Part shown: positions 36,366 to 49,403 of the stretch, piece by piece
Position numbering within the stretch: the stretch's first letter is position 1
Layout of the letters: each line of letters starts with the position of its first letter
Assembly: GCF_006345805.1 (NCBI RefSeq)
Contig: NC_042998.1
Location: 3,906,001 to 3,970,000 of the forward strand
Source: Octopus sinensis
Taxonomy: Eukaryota
Length of the DNA: 64,000 bases
Reading direction: 5' to 3'
Notes under the pieces: model-generated
What the model was told of the DNA's origin: nothing
Databases searched by the model: none
The model's input: the letters and a program-made list of their open reading frames with translations, nothing else
Made by a program: the position numbers and the translations under genes

Positions 36366-39300
36366 CAAAATGTATGATACATATATAATACAAAACCACA
36401 TTAAAAAGTTTAAAACTTAAAAAGTCCAAAAACAAAGGAAAAGAGGAAGAAAGAAAGAAAGAAAGTAAAAACAAGCAAACACATATTCTACATCAAGCAT
36501 CCTCAGTGGTAACACACCATATTGTTCAACAGAATCTACTGAAACAAGCCAACATGCTCGCGGCGTTACCGAGACTAAGTCGTTGGAACAACCAAGAACC
36601 TTCACGGGCGAGCTGTCAACGATGACAAGAACTCCACCGTTAGTGGCTAAGTTCCTCCAAACATCTCGAACACCAAAGCCTGAAAAAATGGTTCACTGAT
36701 GTGTGATTAATTGTTCTTTCTCTATTAATGATAAAATATAATAATTATTTCATAATCTGTAACATTGATATCAAATTTTGTAAATAGAATTTAGACATAG
36801 TTTCATAGGATTTGAAATCTGTATCACCAGATCTAGTGCTATAAATCTTTCTGGATAGATACAGTGGTTTAACGACTGTAGACGGTTTACTATTCTTTGA
36901 TAAATATATAAAATATGCCTAAAAAATTATAACAGCATGCAAACGAGAGTAATCGGTCACTTGACAAGTGGTGGTTTTTGAAACGAAAGATTCAAGTATG
37001 ATATAGTCAAATAAATGCCAATTAAACTTACTTTTTTCTCCAATTTACTTGGATGCAAAAAAGCTGACAAAGAGGAAAAGCTATATGGAAACAAATTCTA
37101 ACAAATTCACTAGAAATAAAATTTTATTTGACTAGCATTTCTAAACCTGAATTTTCACAAATGAAATATGTGGCGCAAATAAACAGAAAAATATAGATCT
37201 AGAAGTATATATTAAAGTATAATTTGATGCATTAGTCTGCTTAAAATATAAAATTTGTGTTTAAAATATATTTGTAATGAGTTGCAAGGGAGATAATCGA
37301 TTCTCAATAAATAAAGTTTCCGAGTTCTACTTACCCTCTGGAACTACATTTCTGAAGTTTCTAATAATCTTAACAAAATTCTTTGCAATATTTAGCCACG
37401 GCGTTTTACGTTCTAATTTCAAGTCGTATTTGTCGTTTTATCTGTCATTAGTTATAGGAGTAAGTACCAGTGTAGAAGAGGGGTCAATGAAGAACTATAT
37501 TCCTCACTCCAGCCAAATTTGTAGTCTTGTGCCAATGTTAAAAACGAATATCACACCTCGTTGAGAGTGGCAGATTAGCTGAATCGCTAGAGCGTCGAGC
37601 AAAGTACTTAGTGATATTTAGCTACATCCTTTTACGCTCCGAGTTCAAACCTTACTAAGATCGACGTTACCTTTTATCTTCCAGAGTCGTAATAACTGCC
37701 AGTTACATTTTGGGATTAATGTAATAGACTGCACCAGTCTACTAAATTTGAGGATTTGTGCTTAAAAATATCAGTATTATAGCCTCTCGACATCTCACTT
37801 ATAGATCTGAAATTTCTGTACTAGATCTAAAGCTGTATATATTAGTAAATAGCACAGGTGGAAATTGTAAGCCTTTATACTTAAATAATTTTCCCCTTGA
37901 CTAAAAGCACAAAGGCGTTATAAGTTATTTTTCGTTTTAACAGTTCTTTAGGCAACAAGTACTGGATCTACGCAAAAACATAATTTTAAGGTTTTTATGC
38001 GAATATATTGGTTTGCAGTCTATTGAAGTTCCACTACCTTACATAAAGCATAACACTTGAATTTATATGCAGTAGAAATATAGTAGCAGATATTCCAAGG
38101 TAGATCGAGTTAAAAACGTAATGTGTAGCAGTGTCACTTCATTTCTAAAGAATACTGACAGATAGAATCAGTTCGTATATCTATTGAAATAGGAGACCGA
38201 ACTTGAAATACAAATCTTATGTTTGCTAATATGAAATTTTGCATTCAATCTCCAACTTGTAATATCAACTTATTAAATATAAGTCTAAAAAAAAATAATA
38301 AATTGACAAAAAAAAAACTTGAATTCATGGAAAGTAGCTCATAAACTTTAACTTAACTTTATTTTATAAGCTGGCTAATCTAATACAAGACAGTTAAAAG
38401 GCTTCGGTAAGAGAAAAGAAATACAGATACCTCGCCTGCATGGTTTCGTCTTTTCTGACACTAATACGCGTGATAGGATTTCGTTGAAATACAAATACAA
38501 TTAAAATTCTGTTGAAATGAAAAGACGGAAAAGAGTTTCAAATGATAAAATACCTCAGTAATTAACCAATCGTCAGTTAGAATGTAAGACTGGCATTAAA
38601 AAGTGTATACTACTTTGATTATGTTGATATGAGTCGTAGTTAAAACGCCGACTGAACACTGCGTTGGTACGTTAACGTTGCTAAAGTTAGTTACAGTTAT
38701 CACACAGGTAATACTTTTGTAGAAATACTATGCTTCTGAATCCCATCACCAAACAGAATAGATTGTCCATTCCTTAAGTAATAAAAATTTTTAAAAAAGG
38801 ATAGGTGAAATAAACATCAGAGATGCTTTGTCTCAGGAGAAACTGCAGGAGCTGCTCAGAGGTTTTGCAAGCTCTTCTAAATAACTGAATAAAGAAAATA
38901 AATTGAATTTTTAAAAAATTACTTATCTCCAATGTGTGGCACAAATCTCAGTGAGCAGAATTTAAATTTGTGATTTCAGAGAAAACATTCGCTTCTACTT
39001 TTGCATTACACATATTTCAAAATATCAAAATATACGCCATAGGCCACTAATCTGCGGTTAGCCTCCAATGAAGACAGTAGATTTGCTTTTGCAATACAAT
39101 TCCGTCAGAATTGAGTTCAAATTTCACGGAAGCCATCTTCAATTTCTCCTTCAGGCTCAGTAAAATAAAGAACCAGTTAAGAAATGGAACTGATAGTCTC
39201 GGTGAAGCCCCACCCTCTCCTTGTATCAAATACTTACTGTGTTTAGAAGCAATCATTGTTAATCGTATTTTTATTACACGAGTGCACATCAACACATACG

Positions 39301-40536
39301 ATTTAGTTTATATTCAACAATTTGTCGTAACAAGAAGATATTTCTGAATTTCATTTGCGAACTTAAGTCCATTGTCTGATGGACAAATCAATTAGTTTTA
39401 CGTGACGGAATTGCCATCATAATACATTCTATTCGCCGTATCCATTGTAAATCTTCACTGTATTTGCTTTGAATACGTTGCGCAATGAGTATAAGTTTTG
39501 AATCATTTAACCTAATATTTACTGTTCTAGCTACATTTAAATTAATCAGTGAATGCTGTAAGAAGTCTATAGCGAATAATGTGAAGATCTCTGAAGCTAT
39601 TAAGAGGGTTAGAGCAGTTAAGATGGTTAACAACAGAAGACCGGAAATATGTTTAATTCATTTTCGTTCTGCTCTCATGTCGACCCGTGTAACATAATTG
39701 AACCTTAAATACATCGAATATTGAACTTACTACTACTACTACATGCAACAACAGAGGCAGCAATAGTAGTAGTAGGTTCCTTATCGATTCAAATAGTGTC
39801 ACTCATTACCAATTCCATTTCGTTTGTCTTTACTTAAAGAGAACCTTTCACACACCCAACAGGTATGACGCTTCTTTGTAGTACCAATAGCAAAGGGAGC
39901 GATTCCAGTTTGGTGTTTTCCATGTCTTTGCAATTGAAATTCACAACCAAAAATACACACACACACACAAATCACGGTCAACCTTTCCTTTGTAAAACAA
40001 AAATCAGCATATACTCTACTAAAAAATATTGAATAGGGTCTTAGCTTAACGTTAAATTGCTTTTATTTAGAACTTGTCCCCACACAGCCAAAATACATTA
40101 AGGTGTGTGTGTAAACACACACACATATGAATATACACACGCGTAATTACTATATGGATAATTTTCAACAAGTTTAGAGAACTCAGTTTATAGAAAATTT
40201 AAAAGCGGTCTTTATAAAGAATACAAAAATGACTAGTTAAGTTCCGTACAGACATAAGTCTATTCTATTCAGAGAGGATACAATTTTTGGTTGCAACAAC
40301 GAATATTCAGGCCAAGTACCAATCTGGCTACAGAGAAGTAGCGAGAATAAACGGTAAAAAGGAAGAATATATTAAAGTGAGAACTAATGTGCACGAAAAA
40401 GGTACATTGAAAGTCAAATTAAGTACATTAGGTCGTTTTAGGTTTAAAAAGAATATTTCTAAAAGACCGGGAGGGAAATACATACACAAACTCCTAAACA
40501 TATCTATGTGCATACACACATGTATGTATACAAGGT

Positions 40537-40732
40537 GGTGAGCTGGCAGAAACGTTAGCACGCCGGGTGAAATGCCTAGTGGTATTTCGTCTGCCGTTAC
40601 GTTCTGAGTTCAAATTCCGCTGAGGTCGACTTTGCCTTTCATCCTTTCGGGGTCGATGTAATCGACTTAATCCGTTTGTCTGTTCTTGTTTGTCCCTTCT
40701 ATGTTTAGCCCCTTGTGGGCAATAAAGAAATA
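40537..40732 (+). mobile_element. SINE family B with short internal deletion
   Basis: Head GGTGGTGAGCTGGCAGAAACG, tail GGGCAATAAAGAAATA. Confidence 0.85.
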
Positions 40733-40989
40733 ACACATGTATGTATATACGTATGTGTGTGTGTGTGTGTGTATACCCTGTTGATGCTAGTAGCCCCCTC
40801 CATGAGGCTACTAGCATAAAAACGTACTGTCTAAGGTGTAGAAAGGACGAAGCTATGGTGGATTTCCTACTGAGTAAGAATATATATTAAGCGTGAGAAC
40901 ATACTCTAAATGTTTCTGATAGTCAGCAGAGTTTTATCCAGATGTCTGCCAAACTGTTTTTAATTCGTATAAAATGTGTGACATTTCTA

Positions 40990-41290
40990 CTAGGCGAGAG
41001 CTAAGTTTTCTTGATTTAGTGACATCGGACTCCGATCTTTCATAGTTCTTCTAGCTAATGTAATTAGTTTGTAGATGTGTCCCTTTAGCGTCGTAGAAGT
41101 CCTCTCCTTGATGTGTCGTGTAGTTATAAAATCTTGTTTTGAATTTATCATCGACCACATTTGTGTGATATTCCTTTTCAACTATCTGAATTTGCATAGT
41201 TCTGCTTCATGTGCAAACAATTTCACGTTGCATGTTTGATCTAAGGGACAAGTCTCCCGTCTGTCTACTAAATCAATCTGGACTGTCGTG
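40990..41290 (-). mobile_element. Penelope-like GIY-YIG endonuclease remnant
   Basis: Frameshifted ETCPLDQTC, KEYH...KFKTRFYNY, STTLKGHIYKL, in the order CPLxGxC / FKTR / STTL seen in PLE endonucleases. Confidence 0.6.
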
Positions 41291-41388
41291 TTCAATAGAC
41301 TTGATGACGAGTGCTGACATGCTGGAAAGACCACAACTATTTTGTGTGTTTGCGGAACTTTTGTTAAATTTCGTTAAAATTTTCCTGT

Positions 41389-41601
41389 ATGTTCTGTTGT
41401 GTCTGGGGAGAGTCATTTTCTTTTTGTGTCTTATAATTTAACACACTCACCAGTAAAATAGACAAGACTATTGAAAAGGTTGCAAGACGCAACGAAAATT
41501 TTAGGAAAATAAAAATAAGAAATGTGGAAATTTTACCGGTGAGTGTGTTACATTATAAGACACAAAAAGAAAATGACTCTCCCCAGACACAACAGAATAT
41601 G
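41389..41601. repeat. About 72-bp inverted repeat with 69-nt spacer, upstream of the PLE remnant
   Basis: Arms 41389-41460 / 41530-41601, few mismatches. Confidence 0.9.
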
Positions 41602-41994
41602 CTTCAACACACGAACTCATAAAGAATATTGCAAACCAAATCCAAAAACGAAATATTTCCTATATGTTATTAAGCAGCTTATCTAAAAGAGTCTGAAATT
41701 TCCCACTTATATCGATCTTAACACTCATGAAACTGTTGGTTGGCAAGCAAATAATCATTTGGAGTCTATGAGAGGGTAAGAAACTTATTCCTTGAAGCCG
41801 CTATCTGTTAGGGCCTAGTGATAAAATAGGTGAGTCACAAGATTATTTATTACTGTAACAGTCTTTCATTTGGCTTATACATAAGTAAAAAATAAATAAA
41901 TGAATACGACAGATAGATGGCGGAATCGCTAGATCGTCGGACAAAATATTGTGAAATAATTGACTCTCCTCATTTATGTTCTGAGCTCCGTCAC

Positions 41995-42620
41995 TGAAAA
42001 AAAAGCACGCAGAGTTCTGTTTTTGATTCGACGGTCATTCGGAATGCTCACAGCAGCCACATTCCTACCGCTCTATGTCACGCTGGTGAGACCCATATTG
42101 GAGTACGGGATTCAAGCCTTTTCTCCTTATCTCCTCAAAGACATACAGCATCTCGAAAGAGTCCAGAAGCTGGCTACCCGCATGGTTCTTGGTCTCAAGC
42201 ATTTGTCTTATGAAGAAAGGCTGAAGACGTTCGACCTTTATTCTCTAGAAAAACGACGACGCCGTGGTGATCTCATTCTTGCTCACAACATCATAAGCGG
42301 AAAGTGTAACCTCTCGAAAGAGCTGTTCTTCACTCCTGCTCCAGAGCGCCTGCTGCGGGGTCACTCCAAAAAGCTCTATCTGCGACGATTTCATCTCAAT
42401 CGAAGGAGAGGGGCTTTCTCCGTCCCGGTTGCGGATCCGTGGAATAAGCTGCCGGACGAGATGGTGAAGATGCCGACGACCGCTCGGTTCAAAGTTTCCC
42501 TTAGACCACAAGCGGCCTGAACTCTTTACATGAACACCACCCTGTACATAACTCCATGTCCCCCTACATGGCCTTGCTTTTTGCTTTTTGGGCCAAAAAA
42601 TTAACTAACTAACTAACTAA
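41995..42620 (+). mobile_element. CR1-clade LINE, 5'-truncated 3' end
   Basis: LYVTLVRPILEY...ERVQKLATRMV...YEERLK...RRRRGDLI...LRGHSKKL...WNKLP; (TAAC)n tail. Confidence 0.93.
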
Positions 42621-42710
42621 ATGACAACTTTACGTTTTATCATTCTGAGATCTGTAAAATAAATTCTGATATTGAAGTGATCGCTAATGACGTGAAAATG
42701 AATGAAATCA

Positions 42711-42748
<38 letters not shown>

Positions 42749-45700
42749 TGGGGATTCATGTTTTACAATAAATGTTCTTTATTACTTTCTAAGGAAAATA
42801 TCTTATGTGAAGAAAGGAATAAATAAAGAATTTAACCATTTCCCCACCCAAAATTTCTCATTTTACACTGTCTTAATCATATCTTTTAGCTTTTACTTTG
42901 AGCATCTATCTGTCTACATTTAAATATTTATATTTCTTCTCAGAATTTTGAATAATAACACATTTCGAATGTGATACTTCTCAGTAGTTCGAAGTTCAAA
43001 AATTCCCATGCATTAAAATCTTAACTCACAGGACTTCCTAAGGTGTGAATACTGTGATGTGTCAAATTCATCGCTCAGATATATCGTGGAACATTATGCT
43101 GTTTTTCTTAAGATATATTCTTTATTTACAGGGTTTTTCTGTCCACAGAAAGTTTAACTTTTAATGTTATGGTATTTTAATTATAGTCAAAGGATATTTT
43201 GCAGTCATTTTTTTACTGTTTTGAAAACCATTTTGTCTGATGAATTGTATCAAGAGACAGGATTTTATTTCATTGCAAAAGCTTCCGGTCAGAGAGACAT
43301 CTAAAAATGTCCATGAATTAGCTTTTCCTGACTGCAAATCCTACAGTTATATATTATTACTGTGGCTGTATTATGGAAATGTCAGTTGCCTTCCGTACCG
43401 ACTATTTACACTTAACTTTAGTCTTACCAATCAACTCCTAGAAACACGTGAATTCCAAATGTTATTGCCTTTTGATACATATCTCTCATTCGCTAATTCA
43501 AACTCAAGTCTTTTGCACAAGCTTTTCTATATATTCGAATTTCGCTCTCCTCGAAGGTGGTATCTGCTCTTACATAAAATCTGCTGTGCAATTAATCTGA
43601 ATAAAAGAAACAATGACTTTCACTTACACTGGCTAAATCCGTTTTGACTCCTTTAAATTCATCTTCTATCACGACTGCTTCCTGAATCCCCCCAACCAAC
43701 AAATGTTGTTAAAATGACACTTTCTGGTCCGGACTTCATCTGTTATATCAATGCCCAAAATTCCATTTCATTTTCTTACAATTCCAACGAATACAATTGG
43801 CACAAACATAGAAACTTATGCTATTTCCTACAATCAGTTTCTATTGCTGTCTTCTCTCGTATCTTTCATAGATGCACAGGTTATTCAAACATTATGGAAC
43901 CTCTTTAGCATATCGGCAAGATGTAACAATCATGTCAAAGAAGCAGTCATGTACAGCCCAATCCCTTTGCACGAGCATATTGCTAAAATTTATATTATAT
44001 CCACATTATAGTACTCTTATGTTTGGATTTCTAATACTGCTACACACGAATATTTTCGACTGCATTCAAAAGAAAGCCATTTAGCTTATTCATTAAAAAA
44101 ATCATGCTACTGCCACCGGCCACAACGCATTATCTCAACCTTATCTCTCGCTACTTCAACGGTCTCTTCTTAGTTGAACCAGTTCTAACAGAGGTCCGTA
44201 TTTTTTCTCTTCTTGGTACTTTTAATGTCTGTTTCGCAGACACCATACTAAATCATTCTCTATCGCGAACTTCAAGTACTTTTGAATCATTTTTCTACTC
44301 ACATGCTTTCTACAGGATTTGATCGATAGTAGTTCAAACATGAATTTCACAAGCCTTGGAGAGTCTAAATAGTCACACCATTTCACCCCCTATAAGTGCA
44401 TATAATTTCCAATTATTAAAGCCATATGAGCCATATATCAATTCCTAATATTACACCAGCTGAAAGGTATATAAACGGGAAAAGTAAATCAAAACGGTAA
44501 GGATGTTCATTAAGAGAATAAGGCTCTGCCGTTCTTGTGAAATATCATACAAGATTGCTGAGATCTTAAAATAATGCCAACAGGTGCGCAAAATAACAAA
44601 TTTATGGAAATTTTCAGGAAATAAAACCATGTGTTCATGATGCCATGATAATGGGATAATGTTCCGAGAATGTCACTAGATACGTGAAAATTTTCTTTTT
44701 TCAGTGAAACTTCAAATATTTGAACAACGATTGATAAGTTACATTATGAAATCAGTAAGTCGTATAATATCTACTCTAGTAATTGATTATAGAATTGCTT
44801 GAGTATTCTGTCTTAGAGTGCATGAATGTAAATATTAATCTCTTCAGGTAAACGTCAAAGATAAGCTGCAGATGACGGAGGTCGCTTGGCGTTTTCGATC
44901 ACCAGTTGATTTTTTAAAATTTTATGTTACTAAAATCTTCTGAAAGTATAAAAAATACAATATCTCAAACCTTTCTCGAAAAGATTATTGTCCAGTGTCT
45001 GGTAGGAACAATCCTAATTCAAACTAAATCCAATAAAGTGTTTTTAATTATAACTCAACAACATACACGACTAGATATGCACAAATATTACCCAAGAATA
45101 CAATTTTTATAATGTTTAAAAGGTTTTTTTTTTAATAGATGATATGCATCTTAATAACACAGCAAAAATAATAAAATATAAAGGCATGAAGACAATTGTC
45201 AACTAAGCAAATATAAACTTTATAAATACTTTTCTCAGAACTTGATTCTAGGAATTCTCTCAAACAAAGTGTTTATCGATAAAGTACATAGTTTAAACTA
45301 GTTTAAATTCCAAGAATTTCAGTCAAAAACTTTGAATGAAAAACAAAATGTCAAAAACTTATGACAATATGAACCAAAGTGAAATAAATTTATTCACCAT
45401 GAAAGACAGTGAAATTACTAAAGAACCAAGGAGGAATAGCTCCTAAATCGTACTGGGAGGCATTGCAAACGTGTTTTCGTTGCGAATTTAGAATTCAGAT
45501 GGAAATAAGTATTGGGGGCAAAGACACGGGCAATAGTGTAATAAAATTTGTCTTCGTGGAATGCTTAAAGTACTATTTTCATTACACAATGGATGTTTAA
45601 TTAACATTGAGGATACATTCCAGAAAAGTAACATATAAACTGAAACTGTGTTCAGAGAAACACTACAAAGCATGTATATATAAACTTAGAACATTCAGTC

Positions 45701-45980
45701 CAGTTCAGTAGGTTATTAATTCAGATAGTTCAGTTCGGAGCTTGCAAAACAAAACTTTCAAGAAGTGAGGAAGTGTCTGCCTCGAGTCCATATATACCCA
45801 TAAAGCCGGAGTTATCCGAATTTTACAAGGAGTTCAAAGTGTGCATATCACATCATAAGTAGAAATAGCCAAAATTGAACAAGGGAAGATGGACAGTCGG
45901 ACAACGTGAGAGGCAGTGTTACAACGCTAAATTTAGTGACTATTTCAGCAAGGTATTTGTGGATATTTAATGGACTGGAT

Positions 45981-46031
45981 ATGACGCTGAAGAAGGAGCA
46001 AGAACTCCTGAAATATGCATATACACTCATC
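45981..46031 (+). ncRNA. Minimal type-I hammerhead ribozyme motif with intact core
   Basis: CTGAAGA (45987-93); stem II AGGAG/CTCCT with 6-nt loop; GAAA (46010-13); stem III palindrome ATATGCATAT; AUA site; imperfect stem I (ATGA.G / C..TCAT). Confidence 0.72.
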
Positions 46032-47304
46032 ACCTCTTTTCTATTTTTAGTTGCATTGTTTACAATGACATATTCGTATAGAAAACATCATAATCTTCAG
46101 GTCCTGGTAAGGTTTGTGGAAGACTGGCAGTCGCCCATGCATACCTGTCTCCCCTCTTTACGTCACCGATACTGTCCAAGGGGAAGGCAAAGGCCAATAG
46201 AGCTTGGTCCCAGTGACGTCATAAGTCATTTCTACAGCTGAGTGAACGGGAACAACGTGAAATTGTGTCTTACACAAGAACACAACTCAGCCCGGTCTGG
46301 GAATCGAACTCAGAACCTCTCGATTGTATACTCAACTCTCTTGCCACCGAACCATGCACCTTCACACACATTCTCATATCTACATATATACGCAAATACA
46401 TGTATGTTTATGTATACTTATATATGTATATATACATTTATGTATATATGTATGCAAACATGTTCATATATTAATATTAGTAGTAAAAATAAAAATAAAG
46501 AGACTTGTACATCCGCAAAATTTATTTTATAGTTATATACAGAATATTATAAAGACCTATATGTGTTTCCGCTGCATCGACTACTCACTGTAGCAAATGC
46601 AACTTGCACACATACACACGCACAAACATTACATACACACGCACATTACACACTCATACACACACATTGACGTACACACATATGTATGACTAATTCAACT
46701 AAATTTATTCAAATAGTTTATAGTTTGTAAATCCGAAGAAAAAAAGTATCCAGAAAATTCTTATTACTTAAATGTAATTTCCTTTACAACAAACAAGAGC
46801 TTATATGCTTTATTATCGTATAATACTGCGCAAAATATTTTCAATTTACAGATTTTAAAGGCTGTATGATGCAGACAGTTTAGCACACTGTGATATCGAA
46901 TAATGATTTAAATAGGATATTCAAAATTCGTGTGATAATGAAAGCCACACAGCAGCTTGTGCAAAGATTCAATTTTCTATACTTTTATCTGAATAATGTC
47001 ATTTAAACATTTTAAATATTTATACAAAGAAATATATTGGCGTGATGTAATTATGAAATAAACCGTCGCCCGGACTGACACCTCTAGCGAGTCATTGGGT
47101 ACAATAAGTGTAAGTATTCTTTGTTGTAACATTCTTACTTTGGAAAAGGTCGGTATTTTGACGCGCTGCTTTTTACTGCAGCAACCCATACAAGTGTTAA
47201 TTACCTGAGAGGCCAGAATTTCTGAAATGCGCGCACTAGCACGTATTTTTCAAGACTGCGAAATATGTAACTCATGCGGACTGTCAGAATCAGGCGGTGG
47301 ACTA

Positions 47305-48056
47305 AGTTGGCGAGCTGGCAGAAATGTTAGCACGACGGGCGAAATGCTTAGCGGTATTTCGTCTGTCTTCACATTCTGAGTTCAAATTTCGCCGAGGTCG
47401 ACTTTGTCTTTCATCCTTCCGGAGTCGATAAATTAAGTACCAGTTGCATACTGGGATCGATCTAATCGATTAGAACGCTTCCCCAAAATTTCGGGCCTTG
47501 TAGAAATGAATAAGGCGGTGGACTGTACAGTTCGTGTGAGAAATGCTTTATTGCGAGGTATTGAAGATTTTTTCTGGATGCACACTAAGTCGGTGGTGTT
47601 GTATTTGAACGGTAGCAAAAGCAATTTTCCGGCTATTGACAGCTTATGTCAATGTTTTACTCGATGGTGGCAGTTGCAGAACGTCCAGAACTTAGGTCAT
47701 CTTCAAGACTCTCCCTTATTCATTTTTTTTCAACTAGATTTCTTCAACTAGAAACCCTTTAACTAGAAACCCTTTAACGCGGTGCTCCAGCATGGCCGCA
47801 GTCAAATCACTAGAACAAGAATCATTACATATTTAATTCTTTATTGCCCACAAGGGGCTACACACAGAGGGGACAAATAAGGACAGACAAACGGATTAAG
47901 TCGATTATATCGACCCCAGTGCGTAACTGGTACTTATTTAATCAACCCCGAAACGATGAAAAGAAAAGTCGACCTCAGAATTTTATCTCAGATCGTAGTG
48001 GCAGACGAAATACTGCTAAGCATTTCGTGCTAACGTTTCTGCCAGCTCGCCGCCTT
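47305..48056. mobile_element. Two family B SINEs in opposite orientation (47305-47500 +, 47834-48056 -)
   Basis: Family B heads and cores. Confidence 0.85.
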
Positions 48057-48406
48057 CATCATTATATATATTACACATACACACACAAATGCTAACATAT
48101 ACATAATACGTATACATCTCAAATCACACATTGAAGCAATTTTTTGGTGTTATTTATTCATCACTATACATGTTTCACTTGCTAATACGAGTTACAAAAT
48201 TGTTCATGCAGGAGAAACATGTAAAATATCTATTAGAAATACCTCAGACAAAGGTTCAAATTATTTGATTTGTAATTACTCGGCAAAAACTATCGTTCAA
48301 CGCTTATGCATATCTCGCACAATTACTTACAATTTAAGCGTACTGGAATATGCAGGTGTGTTTCATGAGAAAACGACTTAAATTATAACTATCTACATAC
48401 TATATA

Positions 48407-48581
48407 TCAAAATAAGCAACAAGGATATCCAAGGTAGTGTAGTACAATCGTTTCATGCTACTTTATTTTATTAAACACTAAGTATTACATCAGTTTTAAA
48501 ATGTCGAGCGTGTTTAATAAAATGAAGTAGCATGAAACAATTGTACTACTCTACCTTGAATATCCTTGTCGCTTATTTTGA
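48407..48581. repeat. Fold-back: 72-bp inverted arms, 31-nt loop
   Basis: Arms 48407-48478 / 48510-48581 with five mismatches by eye. Confidence 0.9.
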
Positions 48582-48679
48582 TTATAATCACCCCATTTGA
48601 TTTATATGGATAATACCATACAAAATTCTAGTGCCTTTAACTTAAGTACCATATTCATCTGAATCTAAATTTTGCTGAA

Positions 48680-48723
<44 letters not shown>

Positions 48724-48892
48724 ATATACTAAGGCTGGCCCAGTCGTAAATTGCGATAAAATTTATTATTTCTTCTGTATACAATATAACAGTAGTAATC
48801 ATACCGTTATACTTAGGCAGATTGTTTTATGATAATATAAGTGTACCAGTCATGACATACACACATACACACAACCTCCCCCCACCACACAT

Positions 48893-49350
48893 ACATTTTG
48901 TCGAATAACCGAAATCGCAAAACTCCGTTTTCTTCGAAAGATAGCTTTTACGATTACGTAGATGCTCGTAGCAGCGGTCCAGGTATCGAACACAAACCAC
49001 CTGGTGGCCTTCTGTAAGACACTCTGTATCCGAGCCACGTAATGGAATGCCAGTGGATGACATATCCGAAAAAGAAACACGCTCTAAACATTAGAGCAGT
49101 AATGTACTTAAAGGAAGATAATTATATGACTGTAAATACATGACTGTTCTAATGTTTAGAGGGGCCTTCTTTTTCGGATATATGATCCTCTGACGTTCCA
49201 CTATGCGACCCGGACACAGAGTGTCTTACAAAAGCCACCGGGTGTTTGTGTTCGGTAGCTGTGCCGCCGCGACACGCATCTACTTAATTACGAAAGCCAC
49301 CCTCTCTCGAATAAAATTGAGTTTTACGAACACGGTTTTTCGATAAAAAA
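48893..49350. repeat. Older fold-back element, about 210-bp diverged inverted arms
   Basis: TAAGACACTCTGTATCCG...CTCTAAACATTAGAGCAGT vs ACTGTTCTAATGTTTAGAG...CGGACACAGAGTGTCTTA. Confidence 0.85.
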
Positions 49351-49403
49351 TATACCAACACATATATACCAATATACAGTCGAACGAGCTTTACAGTAAT
49401 ATA

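Noticed and set aside
38530-38585. CTGACGA...GAAA on the minus strand
   Set aside because: No convincing stems II or III.
40895-40945. Hammerhead-like motif on the minus strand downstream of the PLE remnant
   Set aside because: Needs several substitutions and a deletion to fit.
43240-44330. Cluster of 60-135 aa ORFs
   Set aside because: No motifs; composition matches AT-rich noncoding DNA.
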